Origin: an uncultured virus (IMG/VR IMGVR_UViG_3300035520_000906)
Lineage: Duplodnaviria; Heunggongvirae; Uroviricota; Caudoviricetes
Strand: one strand, 5' to 3'
Length of the DNA: 64,000 nt
IMG/VR virus record: IMGVR_UViG_3300035520_000906
Shown: positions 21,598 through 30,635 of the stretch, one piece after another
Layout: every line of letters begins with the position of its first letter
How positions within the stretch are numbered: the stretch's first letter is position 1
Position numbers and translations under genes: made by a program
Notes under the pieces: generated by a model
What the model saw: the letters and a program-made list of their open reading frames with translations, nothing else
Database searches by the model: none
What the model was told of the DNA's origin: nothing

Positions 21598-21635
21598 AAA
21601 ATAGGGCACAACCTAAGTCGATTGTGCCCTATTTG
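21598..21635 (-). terminator. Hairpin/terminator after the SSB gene
   Basis: AAATAGGGCACAA/TTGTGCCCTATTT inverted repeat. Confidence 0.6.
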
Positions 21636-21652
21636 ATAAGATTTAATCAATC

Positions 21653-22846
21653 TTAGATTGTAACTGTCGGAGCAGCTGCGCCAGTTCCAAATACTGAGTT
21701 AGGATCTGGAGCTACTGGAGCTGCAGGAGCTACTGGAATATTAGGAATTGTAGGAGCTGCTGGAGTCCCTGTTGCCATTGTCGGAACATTTGGAATGTTC
21801 GGAACAGTTGGAATGTTTGGTACATTCGGTACATTCGGAACAACCGGAATTGCTCCAACTACGTTGACACCCTCAGTTCCAAGACTTGGCTTTGTAGTAG
21901 GAGTCTCAACAATGTACTCAAGATACTTAGCTTCAGGATTAACCTTACTCTCGATCTGGTACTTATCCCACTGTTCAAATGCATTGTCCATTGTTGTCTT
22001 AGCTTCAAGGGATGACATACCCTGCCATTCTGGGAATGCCTTCTCTATTCCATCCCACTCAAACTTAGCTACGTCCTGATTAATCTTCTGAAGCAGTGCT
22101 GGATACTTCACTGTAAGCTTATTGTTCGGGAATACAGGGGATGTAGTAGACTGACTTACAAGTAGCCTTCTATCATCAACATTAGGATATTCAAAGATTA
22201 ACTCTGCATCCGGTAACTCAGATCCTGAGTTGACCATCTGCTGCTGAATCTTCTCTACACGAGATGCAGAAAGCTTCATTACCTTAAGCTCATACTCTGG
22301 AAGACCATCCTGACCAAAGGTAGGATTACCACCCTCGTTAAGTCTGAACTTTGCAACTAAGATGTACATGTAATTTCTTACTTCCTTAGCCTTACGCTCC
22401 TGAGCAAACTGTGCATTTGTTTTCTCAAGATGCTGCTTTCTCTGCTCACCAGTAAGCTGGCAGGTTGCTTCCTCCAACTCTTTACGATATCTGTACACAT
22501 TCCAAGCATCTGTAATTCTATCACAGAATGGGCAAGTACCATCGTTGATGATATCTCCATCATCATTCTTACGAACTACATCCTTAAGACAAGCAACTGC
22601 CTTAAACTTGCCATCGCTGGTCTGCCACTCATGAATACCACCCTGCAATGCATCGATTGACTTGATTACTACTTCAGCACCAGTAGCTGGGTCAACCTGT
22701 GTTTCTGTGATGTAAGGAATGTAGATGATGTGTTTTGCACCCTTTTCTGCTGCGTACTTGATACTGTTACCACCTGCTGAATCTCTCAGGAAAGCACGTA
22801 CATCTGTTACTGACTTTGAAGCTGACTTTAAAAAACTGTTACCCAT
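21653..22846 (-). CDS. Putative T4 gp32-like single-stranded DNA-binding protein
   Basis: H...C...CPFC zinc set, position in the recombination module, Pro-rich tail (PNVPNVPNIP). Confidence 0.6.
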   Translation of the reverse strand: MGNSFLKSASKSVTDVRAFLRDSAGGNSIKYAAEKGAKHIIYIPYITETQVDPATGAEVVIKSIDALQGGIHEWQTSDGKFKAVACLKDVVRKNDDGDIINDGTCPFCDRITDAWNVYRYRKELEEATCQLTGEQRKQHLEKTNAQFAQERKAKEVRNYMYILVAKFRLNEGGNPTFGQDGLPEYELKVMKLSASRVEKIQQQMVNSGSELPDAELIFEYPNVDDRRLLVSQSTTSPVFPNNKLTVKYPALLQKINQDVAKFEWDGIEKAFPEWQGMSSLEAKTTMDNAFEQWDKYQIESKVNPEAKYLEYIVETPTTKPSLGTEGVNVVGAIPVVPNVPNVPNIPTVPNIPNVPTMATGTPAAPTIPNIPVAPAAPVAPDPNSVFGTGAAAPTVTI

Positions 22847-22877
22847 TTCTTTTTCTCCTTTACTTTGAAAAAATTTT

Positions 22878-22982
22878 TGTTTTGTGGACCCATATGTTCC
22901 ACGCCTCTCTGGTTGTGTTTGTGAGCCTTGTTATCTCACTTCTGTTGTTTCTGTTTTGCAGACCCTTACGTTCTGCGCCTCT
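22878..22982 (-). repeat. Three 37-nt hairpin units in the SSB leader
   Basis: Hairpins at 22958-22976, 22921-22939 and 22884-22902, each a 5-bp stem with a 9-nt loop followed by AAAC/AAAAC. Confidence 0.85.
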
Positions 22983-23244
22983 AATAAAACTTAATGGGTG
23001 ATACATATTACTATGTATCTTTATATTAAAACCATGTGTGCTGTACATGTTTTTAATCTATCTTACTATCCTTTAAAAAGAACAACTACAATACTTTTAG
23101 GTCATTGCATTGGCTGTTAAATTTATTTACATTGATATTTTCAAAATCTTAATGTAATTTTTATAATAGCTACTGTACAATTTTTAACCTTTAAAAATAA
23201 ATTAGCTTTACTAATTTCAATTTATGCTATTTATCTTGACTTTA

Positions 23245-24060
23245 TTAAACATACATTGTGACTACTATGTTTTGAGCCTCATGATTATGATGTTCTTGAG
23301 TTGCTATCCAATCTATACAAGAGTCTAAATAACTTTGAACTATTGCACAATTTTCTTCTTTATCTCTGCACATTTCATCAATATCCTTGTATGTTACAAA
23401 AGTATTAAGTGTTATACCTCTATAACTTTTCCAACCTTTTAATGCTCGCTGTCCAGCAGCATCTCTATCTGGTATTTTAATTACACCATACTTGCATCTA
23501 TTAAGTTGCTTCATGATAAAATCAGATTTATGTGTACCACACATTGCAAAACAATTAGGATATCCAAGTCCTCTTACTCTTATTGTATCTGTAATACCTT
23601 CTGTTACTATTGCATATCCCATTTTGTAGGCAAGTGGAAGGTTCTCTAAACCATACATTGTTTCTCTACGTCTATAATACTTAGCTGTACCGTATACATA
23701 ACGTTCATCTGCTTCTTTGCTATATCCCACTAGATTTAAAATCTTGCCATTTGTATCTTTAATAGGTATTACAAATCTATTATGAAAGATTGGTTTCTTA
23801 TTTGTAGGACTAATCACGCCAAAATCTTCGACACTTCCTAAATATTTTGGTATAAGCATTTCTGTTGCATCTGCTATATAAAATATATCTGAGCTTTCAA
23901 TTACACTCATTGGAAATTGTCTTAATTCTGCAAAGTAGTCAAGTTTCTTATTCCCTGCTCTACTCTTAAGTTCATAAACGTATTCTGTAAGTTTATCTGT
24001 ATATTCATTAAATTCTTCAATAGCTTTATTTGTGTCTCCAGTATTATTCAATTGGTTCAC
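23245..24060 (-). CDS. DnaG-like primase catalytic/Toprim core lacking the zinc finger
   Basis: FHNRFVIPIKD, IVTEGITD, AMCGT, PDRDAAG. Confidence 0.85.
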   Translation of the reverse strand: MNQLNNTGDTNKAIEEFNEYTDKLTEYVYELKSRAGNKKLDYFAELRQFPMSVIESSDIFYIADATEMLIPKYLGSVEDFGVISPTNKKPIFHNRFVIPIKDTNGKILNLVGYSKEADERYVYGTAKYYRRRETMYGLENLPLAYKMGYAIVTEGITDTIRVRGLGYPNCFAMCGTHKSDFIMKQLNRCKYGVIKIPDRDAAGQRALKGWKSYRGITLNTFVTYKDIDEMCRDKEENCAIVQSYLDSCIDWIATQEHHNHEAQNIVVTMYV

Positions 24061-24295
24061 CTATTTCAGCTTGGTATTCTATAATCTGATTAGCTGCCTC
24101 TTTTAATACTTTTAAGGGTACTCTAGTTTGTTTATCAAAAACTATATTACTACCTTCCACTCTTATTTCAAATGCCTCAGTGTAGCTAGTAACTTCGCCT
24201 TTGCTGTTAGTATTAACCTTGTATCCTTGATACTCTGTAAGGTCGAGCACCCATTTGTCATTTAGTAACTTAACAAATTGATGTCCCTTAAACAT
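24044..24295 (-). CDS. Hypothetical protein
   Basis: ORF with RBS inside the operon. Confidence 0.65.
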   Translation of the reverse strand: MFKGHQFVKLLNDKWVLDLTEYQGYKVNTNSKGEVTSYTEAFEIRVEGSNIVFDKQTRVPLKVLKEAANQIIEYQAEIGEPIE

Positions 24296-24307
24296 TGCTA
24301 CCAGTCC

Positions 24308-24694
24308 TCACTTATCTAAGTTTCTATATTCAATATACTTCTCTATAACTCCAGGTCCAAGTATCTGGTCAGCCTTAACTTTTATACTGTATAATCCTTC
24401 TTCTAACATTTTCTTTCTCTCTGCAAATTGGCTGTTAGTAATTAAACCTTTTGCTACAAGATTTATATATGCTGTATATTCCATTTGAATCTCGATTATT
24501 GCAGTTACAAACATTCTCTCAATTCCAATAAGAGGATGATCAAATTCTACTGTGTTTGTAGCTTCTATGACCTCTGTCTCGTAATCTCTTATAAGGACTG
24601 TCTTCTTAAATGTGACGGTTAACTTATTAGATACCTCGCCAAGTGAAGCTTCCATTATGTTATCCATTGGAATTATATTTGTATTTGTATCCAT
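24308..24694 (-). CDS. Hypothetical phage protein
   Basis: ORF with GGAGG RBS. Confidence 0.7.
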   Translation of the reverse strand: MDTNTNIIPMDNIMEASLGEVSNKLTVTFKKTVLIRDYETEVIEATNTVEFDHPLIGIERMFVTAIIEIQMEYTAYINLVAKGLITNSQFAERKKMLEEGLYSIKVKADQILGPGVIEKYIEYRNLDK

Positions 24695-24716
24695 ACTCTC
24701 TGTTTTCCTCCTTATG

Positions 24717-25187
24717 TTATAGGTTTAACCTCATTTTTGTTATGTCCTTGCTATTTACTTCTTGAACAGGCTCACCTACTTTGAAGTCCTTGTATACTTT
24801 AATTTCATTATTAAACACATGTAACCTGATTAATGGTACAAGTCTTTCTAATGAATATTTATCTCCCATTCCAAATGCAATAAGTCCATTTTTCTTATTG
24901 TATAAGTATAGTTGAACATCACCATACTTAGATACAAGTGACTTTAAGGACTGCTTCTGCATTACATTTATTGATTCTAATGTTGTGAAATCAAATATAT
25001 AATTATATGGAGCTATCTCTGTATCTTCTTTTAATATCAGTGTTTTTATTTTTTCTCCAAGTATTGCTCCATCTATTGATTCAGAAATCAACTTTGATTC
25101 TGTTTCAGTTACAGTACTATCTATACTTGGTAATGCTATATCATTTTCATCAACACTAAACAACTTAATGTTTTCTTCATTATCCAT
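24717..25187 (-). CDS. Hypothetical protein
   Basis: ORF overlapping the upstream stop. Confidence 0.7.
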   Translation of the reverse strand: MDNEENIKLFSVDENDIALPSIDSTVTETESKLISESIDGAILGEKIKTLILKEDTEIAPYNYIFDFTTLESINVMQKQSLKSLVSKYGDVQLYLYNKKNGLIAFGMGDKYSLERLVPLIRLHVFNNEIKVYKDFKVGEPVQEVNSKDITKMRLNL

Positions 25188-26916
25188 TATTGCTACTCCA
25201 TCCTAATTTTAAAAATCCACAATCATATATCTTTAGGTATCCGCTCTGGATCATCTCACTATCTTCTATGTCACACTCCTTGACTATATCTCTATTTTGT
25301 GTACTTACCCAAGTGTAGCTTGGTTCTGATATACTATCAATTATTTTAAATCCTAGTTTTGTGTATACATTCCCAGTAAATTTTGATATATCTATGTTTA
25401 TTGTTATTTCTTCTGGCTTATATTTTTCTATAAAATAATTTAATATTTTATCCACACACTTTAATGTTAATGTCTCTGATTTACAATATACTTCTTCTAG
25501 TGTATAGCGATTGTTTTGCATATTATTAAATCCCAACATACATATTATTTCATTGTTTATCCTATATCCTATACATATGTTGGATTTAGCTTTATTGCAG
25601 AAAGCATTATTATGTATGAATACATTATATTCTTCACTATCAATTAGTTCTTCTACCTTTACATTATCATCTATATTTTCTATATTTTTATATTTATCCT
25701 GCAACAAGTATCTTAAGTAATTCTTAATTTCTCTCTGTCTATCTTTATTTTTCCATTCGTACTCAAAAATATGAATTAGGTGTATTCCTTGCTTTGCACA
25801 TGATATTGTTTTTTCTTGATGATATTCTTTTGATTTATTTATTGTTGAATGCCAGTAGTCTCCATTAAACTCTATTGCTAATTTCTTCTCTGGGATGTAT
25901 ATGTCTAATTCTTTTGGGCTTATTATCTTTCTTGTATCTTCAATAATTTCACCATTGTATATAGATTTAATAAAGTCTGCTACTTCTGACTGTTGTATTT
26001 TTAGTGAATGATACTTGTCCAATTTATAGTCAGTTATATTAAATCTCTTTGTTGCCTCATATACTCCTGTTCTTGTTACCCCAAGTACTTCTGCTATCTC
26101 TTGATTACTCACTTTTCGTCCATAGTTGTAAATTATTAAATTTATGGCATCCAATAATTTATCTTTATCATTAAGTATCTCTATTTGCCAGTCTTCTCTA
26201 GGTTCGCCGCTCTTAAAGTCTCCATATATGTTTAGTCTAGAATTTATTGTATTTATATATCTGTTACAACCACATGATTTTGAATTACCAAGTCTTAATG
26301 ATACTCCAGATACATTCTTAATAGTTCCGCATGAACATTGGCATTTCCAATAATGATTTCCTGTGTATTCTAAAGCTGTCCACTCGCCAAATGTTTGTCC
26401 AGTTAAATCTTTAAATTGTGATGTACTATGACCACATGATGTTGATTTGCCATACATTAATGAGTATGAATGCACGTCTTTTATCTCTCCACATGAACAC
26501 CTACATGTAAAGTATCTGTCTTTATCTGATCTCTTTAATACTTGCCACTCACCAAACCTTTGCCCTGTTAAGTCTTTAAATCCTGTGGTACTATGACCAC
26601 AGGATTTTGTTGCTCCTCGCCTTAGCTCGTGTCCGTCTATTATCTTTACTTTTCCGCAAGAACATTGGCAAGTCCACTTCTGCTTTCCATTGTATTCCAT
26701 TACTTCCCATTCGCCAAATCTTTTATTTGTTAGGTCTACAAATTGGTTCTTTCCATGCCCACATGATTTAGACTGCCCATTCCTTAGTGACTTCGTTGCA
26801 ACCATTTTCTCGTTACCACAAGAACAAACACATCTGTACTTGCCATGCCCATCGTATTCAAATACTGTCCATTCATTTATTTTTGTTCCATACTCTATTT
26901 CTATTCTACTTGGCAT
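25180..26916 (-). CDS. Homing-endonuclease-like protein: 4 Cys repeats, HTH, Vsr/DUF559-like nuclease, C-terminal domain
   Basis: 4x GEW..CxCSCG..LRxG.S.SCG[H/C]; ELDIYIPEKKLAIEFNGDYWH. Confidence 0.8.
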   Translation of the reverse strand: MPSRIEIEYGTKINEWTVFEYDGHGKYRCVCSCGNEKMVATKSLRNGQSKSCGHGKNQFVDLTNKRFGEWEVMEYNGKQKWTCQCSCGKVKIIDGHELRRGATKSCGHSTTGFKDLTGQRFGEWQVLKRSDKDRYFTCRCSCGEIKDVHSYSLMYGKSTSCGHSTSQFKDLTGQTFGEWTALEYTGNHYWKCQCSCGTIKNVSGVSLRLGNSKSCGCNRYINTINSRLNIYGDFKSGEPREDWQIEILNDKDKLLDAINLIIYNYGRKVSNQEIAEVLGVTRTGVYEATKRFNITDYKLDKYHSLKIQQSEVADFIKSIYNGEIIEDTRKIISPKELDIYIPEKKLAIEFNGDYWHSTINKSKEYHQEKTISCAKQGIHLIHIFEYEWKNKDRQREIKNYLRYLLQDKYKNIENIDDNVKVEELIDSEEYNVFIHNNAFCNKAKSNICIGYRINNEIICMLGFNNMQNNRYTLEEVYCKSETLTLKCVDKILNYFIEKYKPEEITINIDISKFTGNVYTKLGFKIIDSISEPSYTWVSTQNRDIVKECDIEDSEMIQSGYLKIYDCGFLKLGWSSNNG

Positions 26917-26940
26917 TTTTATTATTTCCTCTCTGTGTTG

Positions 26941-29900
26941 TTACTTTGCTTGGCTACGTGTTTTTACATCACCTTGTGTATAATCAGATTCTCTACCGTT
27001 AGCATTCTTGTATGCTTCTTCCAACTTGTCTGAATTTAAGTTTTTAACATATATTCCAGTGTACTTTAATATGTTAGCATCAGTAAGGAATACTATCTGA
27101 TAACCGTCTGGGTCATCTTCATCACATAGGTACTTCATTAAATAATCAATGAGTGCATCTTTTCTCTTGTAGTACATATTTTTTGTATTTATACCACAAA
27201 CTCTTTGTTGTTTTAAAAGACATGTGCCAAATACATTTATCATATCATGAATAGTTGAACCAAATGTTTTATCTGATTCATCTACGATTGTAAAGGCTTT
27301 AACATCTGCATCGCCTTCAACCATATCCATGATATCGTCATCGTCCTCATCACCTTCGCTGTATTCCTTATCTTCCTCTTCGTCTTCAGCTTTATTATCA
27401 GTTGCTCTAAACCAACTAGCATCTGCATTTATGTTGTTTTCCTTAAGGAAATCAGCTATATTTAATTCGAGGAACTCTTGGTCTGAGTATGTCTCACCAT
27501 TCGGACCAACATAAGCTTTTGCATCATCTCCACGTCCATAATTGAACTGTAAGTTAATTAAACCTGATATTGCTGGGTAAATTGTCTTATGCCAATTCTC
27601 TGGGTTTGATAAGTAGTCTGCTACTTTCTGTCGTCTGAACTCTACTACTCTATCATCAAAGTATTTGAGCACTTTACTGGGGTCAACGTATGGTTCTTCC
27701 TTTCTCTGCTCCTCTGTCCTCCAAATAGGTATATCTTTTGCTTCTTCAGTGAATTGTTGAAGCAGTGTCGGATGAATTTCTGCCTGTTTACCCTTAGCAT
27801 AGCCCCATGCTTTTCCAACTCCAGCACCTATGTATAATGGTGGAAATCCATCTATCTTAAACTGCATGTTCTTTCCAACTTCTGCCACTATCCTTTGCAT
27901 GTTAAGGTTCTGCACATCTACTTCCATTAACTGCTCATCATGAATCATGTTAATGATTAACATTTTTCCTAATAGATGATTGTTTCTGATGAATGAGAAG
28001 TTTCTTGCTACACCAATTTTGAAGATGTCTGCTGCTGTTCCCTGAATGACCGCGTTTCCAGCCTGACGTAATGCTGCTGCTTTCTTTGCGTTGTTCACAT
28101 TTCCGTCTTTGTCTGTGAAAGAGTAATATCTGTACCTATTAAAAAGCGTCTTTGTATATCCATTAACTTGTGCCATCTCTTTTACGTTTGCAAAGAATTT
28201 TTTAGTCTTTGGCTGATTCTTAAAGTAATCATCCATTTTCTCAGCTGCTTCATCTCGTGTTTGTGCAGTATTTTTACCGGTAAGTAATATAGCGAGGCTA
28301 CCAAGTCCCATGCCATAAGGAATGCCAAAATTAAAGCTCTTCGCGGCACTTCTCATGCTACTTGTTACTGCTGAATAGTCTACTCCATACATCAATGAAG
28401 CCATCAAAGTATGATAGTCACTATCAGGGTTACTAAATAGTTCAGCCAACCAATCATTGCCAGCCATAGCTGTAAGTACGCGATACTCAATCTGACTATA
28501 GTCTGCATCTATCATTACATATCCATCTCTAGGTATAATAATTTTTGTAATGACTTTCGGATATTGTTGGCAGTTGGGCTTGCTACATGACATGCGCCCT
28601 GTATTTGTTGCGATTTGTCCAAAGCTACTAAAAATGAACCCTCCAGGGTATGTAAAGTATATTAAATTATCAAAGAACTTACTTAGTAATGTTTCTTCAT
28701 TCTTATACTTGCTATATAGATGAACTACTGGATACTTTGGAGTTCCATCATCATTTTTCTCTTTAATCAGTGCTTTTATTACTTTCTTAGCGACTGATTG
28801 TTTTTCTTCTGAGCATGGTATTTGTAATTTATTGTAGAATAAATCACAAACCTGTGCAGATGAACCTAGGTTTATCTGTTTCTCAGCATTTGATTCAATA
28901 GCTGCATCTAACTTTCCAACTAGTTCTATTAACTTTTCATTAAATTCGTCATCTTTCAGTTTAAGCTGTGCCTGATTTTCTCTAAATTCTTTTATCTCTT
29001 TATATGCTGCTAATTCTTTTTCATCTGCATAGTCAATCATTTGTCTAATTTCTGAAATGATTTGACTCTTATTTGCCATTGTTTCTGACCGAGCGTGAAG
29101 GATTTTTGATTCATCTATTCTATGTCCATAGAACTCCATGTAGCCTATTGCACAGGCGACAATGACTTCAACATTATAAATGTATTCCATTTCTTTATGA
29201 TTTTGCAACAAATCGCTCTTAAATTTATGGAATAATCCTAATGTACAGTCTCCATCTGTTGGTGCATAAACTCGTGTACCCTGATAATCCATGTATGAGA
29301 AGTCAATCTGGTTTGCATTATTTATCTTACTACCTGGCTTACGTCGCACTAATCCGTCTTTGTCAGGCTTCCAGTTCGGGAAGAAATCATGAAGTTCCCA
29401 CTGGTCTATACCTAATTCCTTCTTAGATAAATATTTCAAGTTAGATGGTTCTGCCTTTCCGCCGCCATTTCTAAATTTATATGCCACCTGGTGCAAAATC
29501 ATCGTGTCATCTTTTAAATTAGTGTCTATCCAGTATTGCAATCCTACTTTATACTCAAACGATCCGTTGTGAGCTACTATATGCTTTGTCTCAAGAATAT
29601 TTCTAACACGTTCCATTAAAATGCAATCTGATGTTATTTCATCAGCAGGTGTATTTCTCCAATATTCTGCAATGCAGGTATCACTTTCTCTGTATTTTCC
29701 TACTGTATACAGAGCTTTTGTATTCTGTATTATTCTATTTCTGATTGGACTCTGTAAATCATCATATAAGTTTTTAAATTTTCTGTTGAAGCATGGAAAA
29801 TAATATGATGTATCTTCCTCTACGCAGAAGATTATACCAACCAGCTTATCTGCTCTAATCGGATTATCCTTATGTTCCTTATTATATTTAATTAAGTCAT

Positions 29901-30561
29901 GCTGATACTTACTATTTATCTGTCCAAAACAGTTAATCTTTAAACCTGTTGTCTCTGTATCATATGCTATGGGTCCATTATACTGGTCAAAGAAGCTAAA
30001 CAATTTCTCTGCTGTTTCATCATCATTTACGATGAAGTATTTCTTTCTCTGTAGCCATGTTATATCATCTTTCTCCAGTGCAATTTCTTGAACTGAACGT
30101 GTTTGTATAGCATCAAGGTCATCATCTACTATGTTCAAGTCCTTCTTAATTGTAGTCAGCTTGACATACTCTATGTTAGTAGGCATCTGAAAACTTTCTA
30201 TGTACTCCATTTCCAATCTCTTGTCAGCAGACTGGATGAAAGCGCCCACTACTTCCCCTCTGTAAAGCTGTATAGTATATTCTACTTTGCTCTTTACAAA
30301 TTCATGAGATGTCATTGCTCCTAACTCAAATGGCTGTGGAGTTCCATTCTTAGATGTACAACTTTTAACTCCTGCCAGAACCATCTGGGCTAACTCTTTT
30401 GCTCTTACGTTATTAAATGAATAAGACCCAGTGTCATCTACTTTGTATGCTGATACAATTGTTCCAGATGTAATCAATATAACTTCAGTATGAGCCTTTG
30501 TATGACTCATGATTGCACCATATGTAACATTGTTTGTAGTAAACTCTCCACGTGTAAACAT
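26941..30561 (-). CDS. polA: Family A DNA polymerase with 3'-5' exonuclease
   Basis: Exo YDTETTG, AHNGSFE, YAPTD; motif A DADYSQIEYR, motif B RSAAKSFNFGIPYG, motif C IHDE. Confidence 0.95.
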   Translation of the reverse strand: MFTRGEFTTNNVTYGAIMSHTKAHTEVILITSGTIVSAYKVDDTGSYSFNNVRAKELAQMVLAGVKSCTSKNGTPQPFELGAMTSHEFVKSKVEYTIQLYRGEVVGAFIQSADKRLEMEYIESFQMPTNIEYVKLTTIKKDLNIVDDDLDAIQTRSVQEIALEKDDITWLQRKKYFIVNDDETAEKLFSFFDQYNGPIAYDTETTGLKINCFGQINSKYQHDLIKYNKEHKDNPIRADKLVGIIFCVEEDTSYYFPCFNRKFKNLYDDLQSPIRNRIIQNTKALYTVGKYRESDTCIAEYWRNTPADEITSDCILMERVRNILETKHIVAHNGSFEYKVGLQYWIDTNLKDDTMILHQVAYKFRNGGGKAEPSNLKYLSKKELGIDQWELHDFFPNWKPDKDGLVRRKPGSKINNANQIDFSYMDYQGTRVYAPTDGDCTLGLFHKFKSDLLQNHKEMEYIYNVEVIVACAIGYMEFYGHRIDESKILHARSETMANKSQIISEIRQMIDYADEKELAAYKEIKEFRENQAQLKLKDDEFNEKLIELVGKLDAAIESNAEKQINLGSSAQVCDLFYNKLQIPCSEEKQSVAKKVIKALIKEKNDDGTPKYPVVHLYSKYKNEETLLSKFFDNLIYFTYPGGFIFSSFGQIATNTGRMSCSKPNCQQYPKVITKIIIPRDGYVMIDADYSQIEYRVLTAMAGNDWLAELFSNPDSDYHTLMASLMYGVDYSAVTSSMRSAAKSFNFGIPYGMGLGSLAILLTGKNTAQTRDEAAEKMDDYFKNQPKTKKFFANVKEMAQVNGYTKTLFNRYRYYSFTDKDGNVNNAKKAAALRQAGNAVIQGTAADIFKIGVARNFSFIRNNHLLGKMLIINMIHDEQLMEVDVQNLNMQRIVAEVGKNMQFKIDGFPPLYIGAGVGKAWGYAKGKQAEIHPTLLQQFTEEAKDIPIWRTEEQRKEEPYVDPSKVLKYFDDRVVEFRRQKVADYLSNPENWHKTIYPAISGLINLQFNYGRGDDAKAYVGPNGETYSDQEFLELNIADFLKENNINADASWFRATDNKAEDEEEDKEYSEGDEDDDDIMDMVEGDADVKAFTIVDESDKTFGSTIHDMINVFGTCLLKQQRVCGINTKNMYYKRKDALIDYLMKYLCDEDDPDGYQIVFLTDANILKYTGIYVKNLNSDKLEEAYKNANGRESDYTQGDVKTRSQAK

Positions 30562-30635
30562 CTTTCTCTCCTAATCAATTTATAATTTCTTCCAAATATA
30601 TTTATGATATTTGATACTGTTAATCCTATAATTAT

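Noticed and set aside
21700..21850. Short tandem repeats in the SSB tail (also 17640-17690 and 1310-1500)
   Set aside because: Explained by in-frame Pro-rich or acidic peptide repeats.
22878..22982. CRISPR array
   Set aside because: The 37-nt units have no invariant repeat with unique spacers and no cas genes; no CRISPR array was seen anywhere in the window.
22860..23048. 62-aa ORF in the SSB leader
   Set aside because: No RBS, and the 37-nt period is not a multiple of three.
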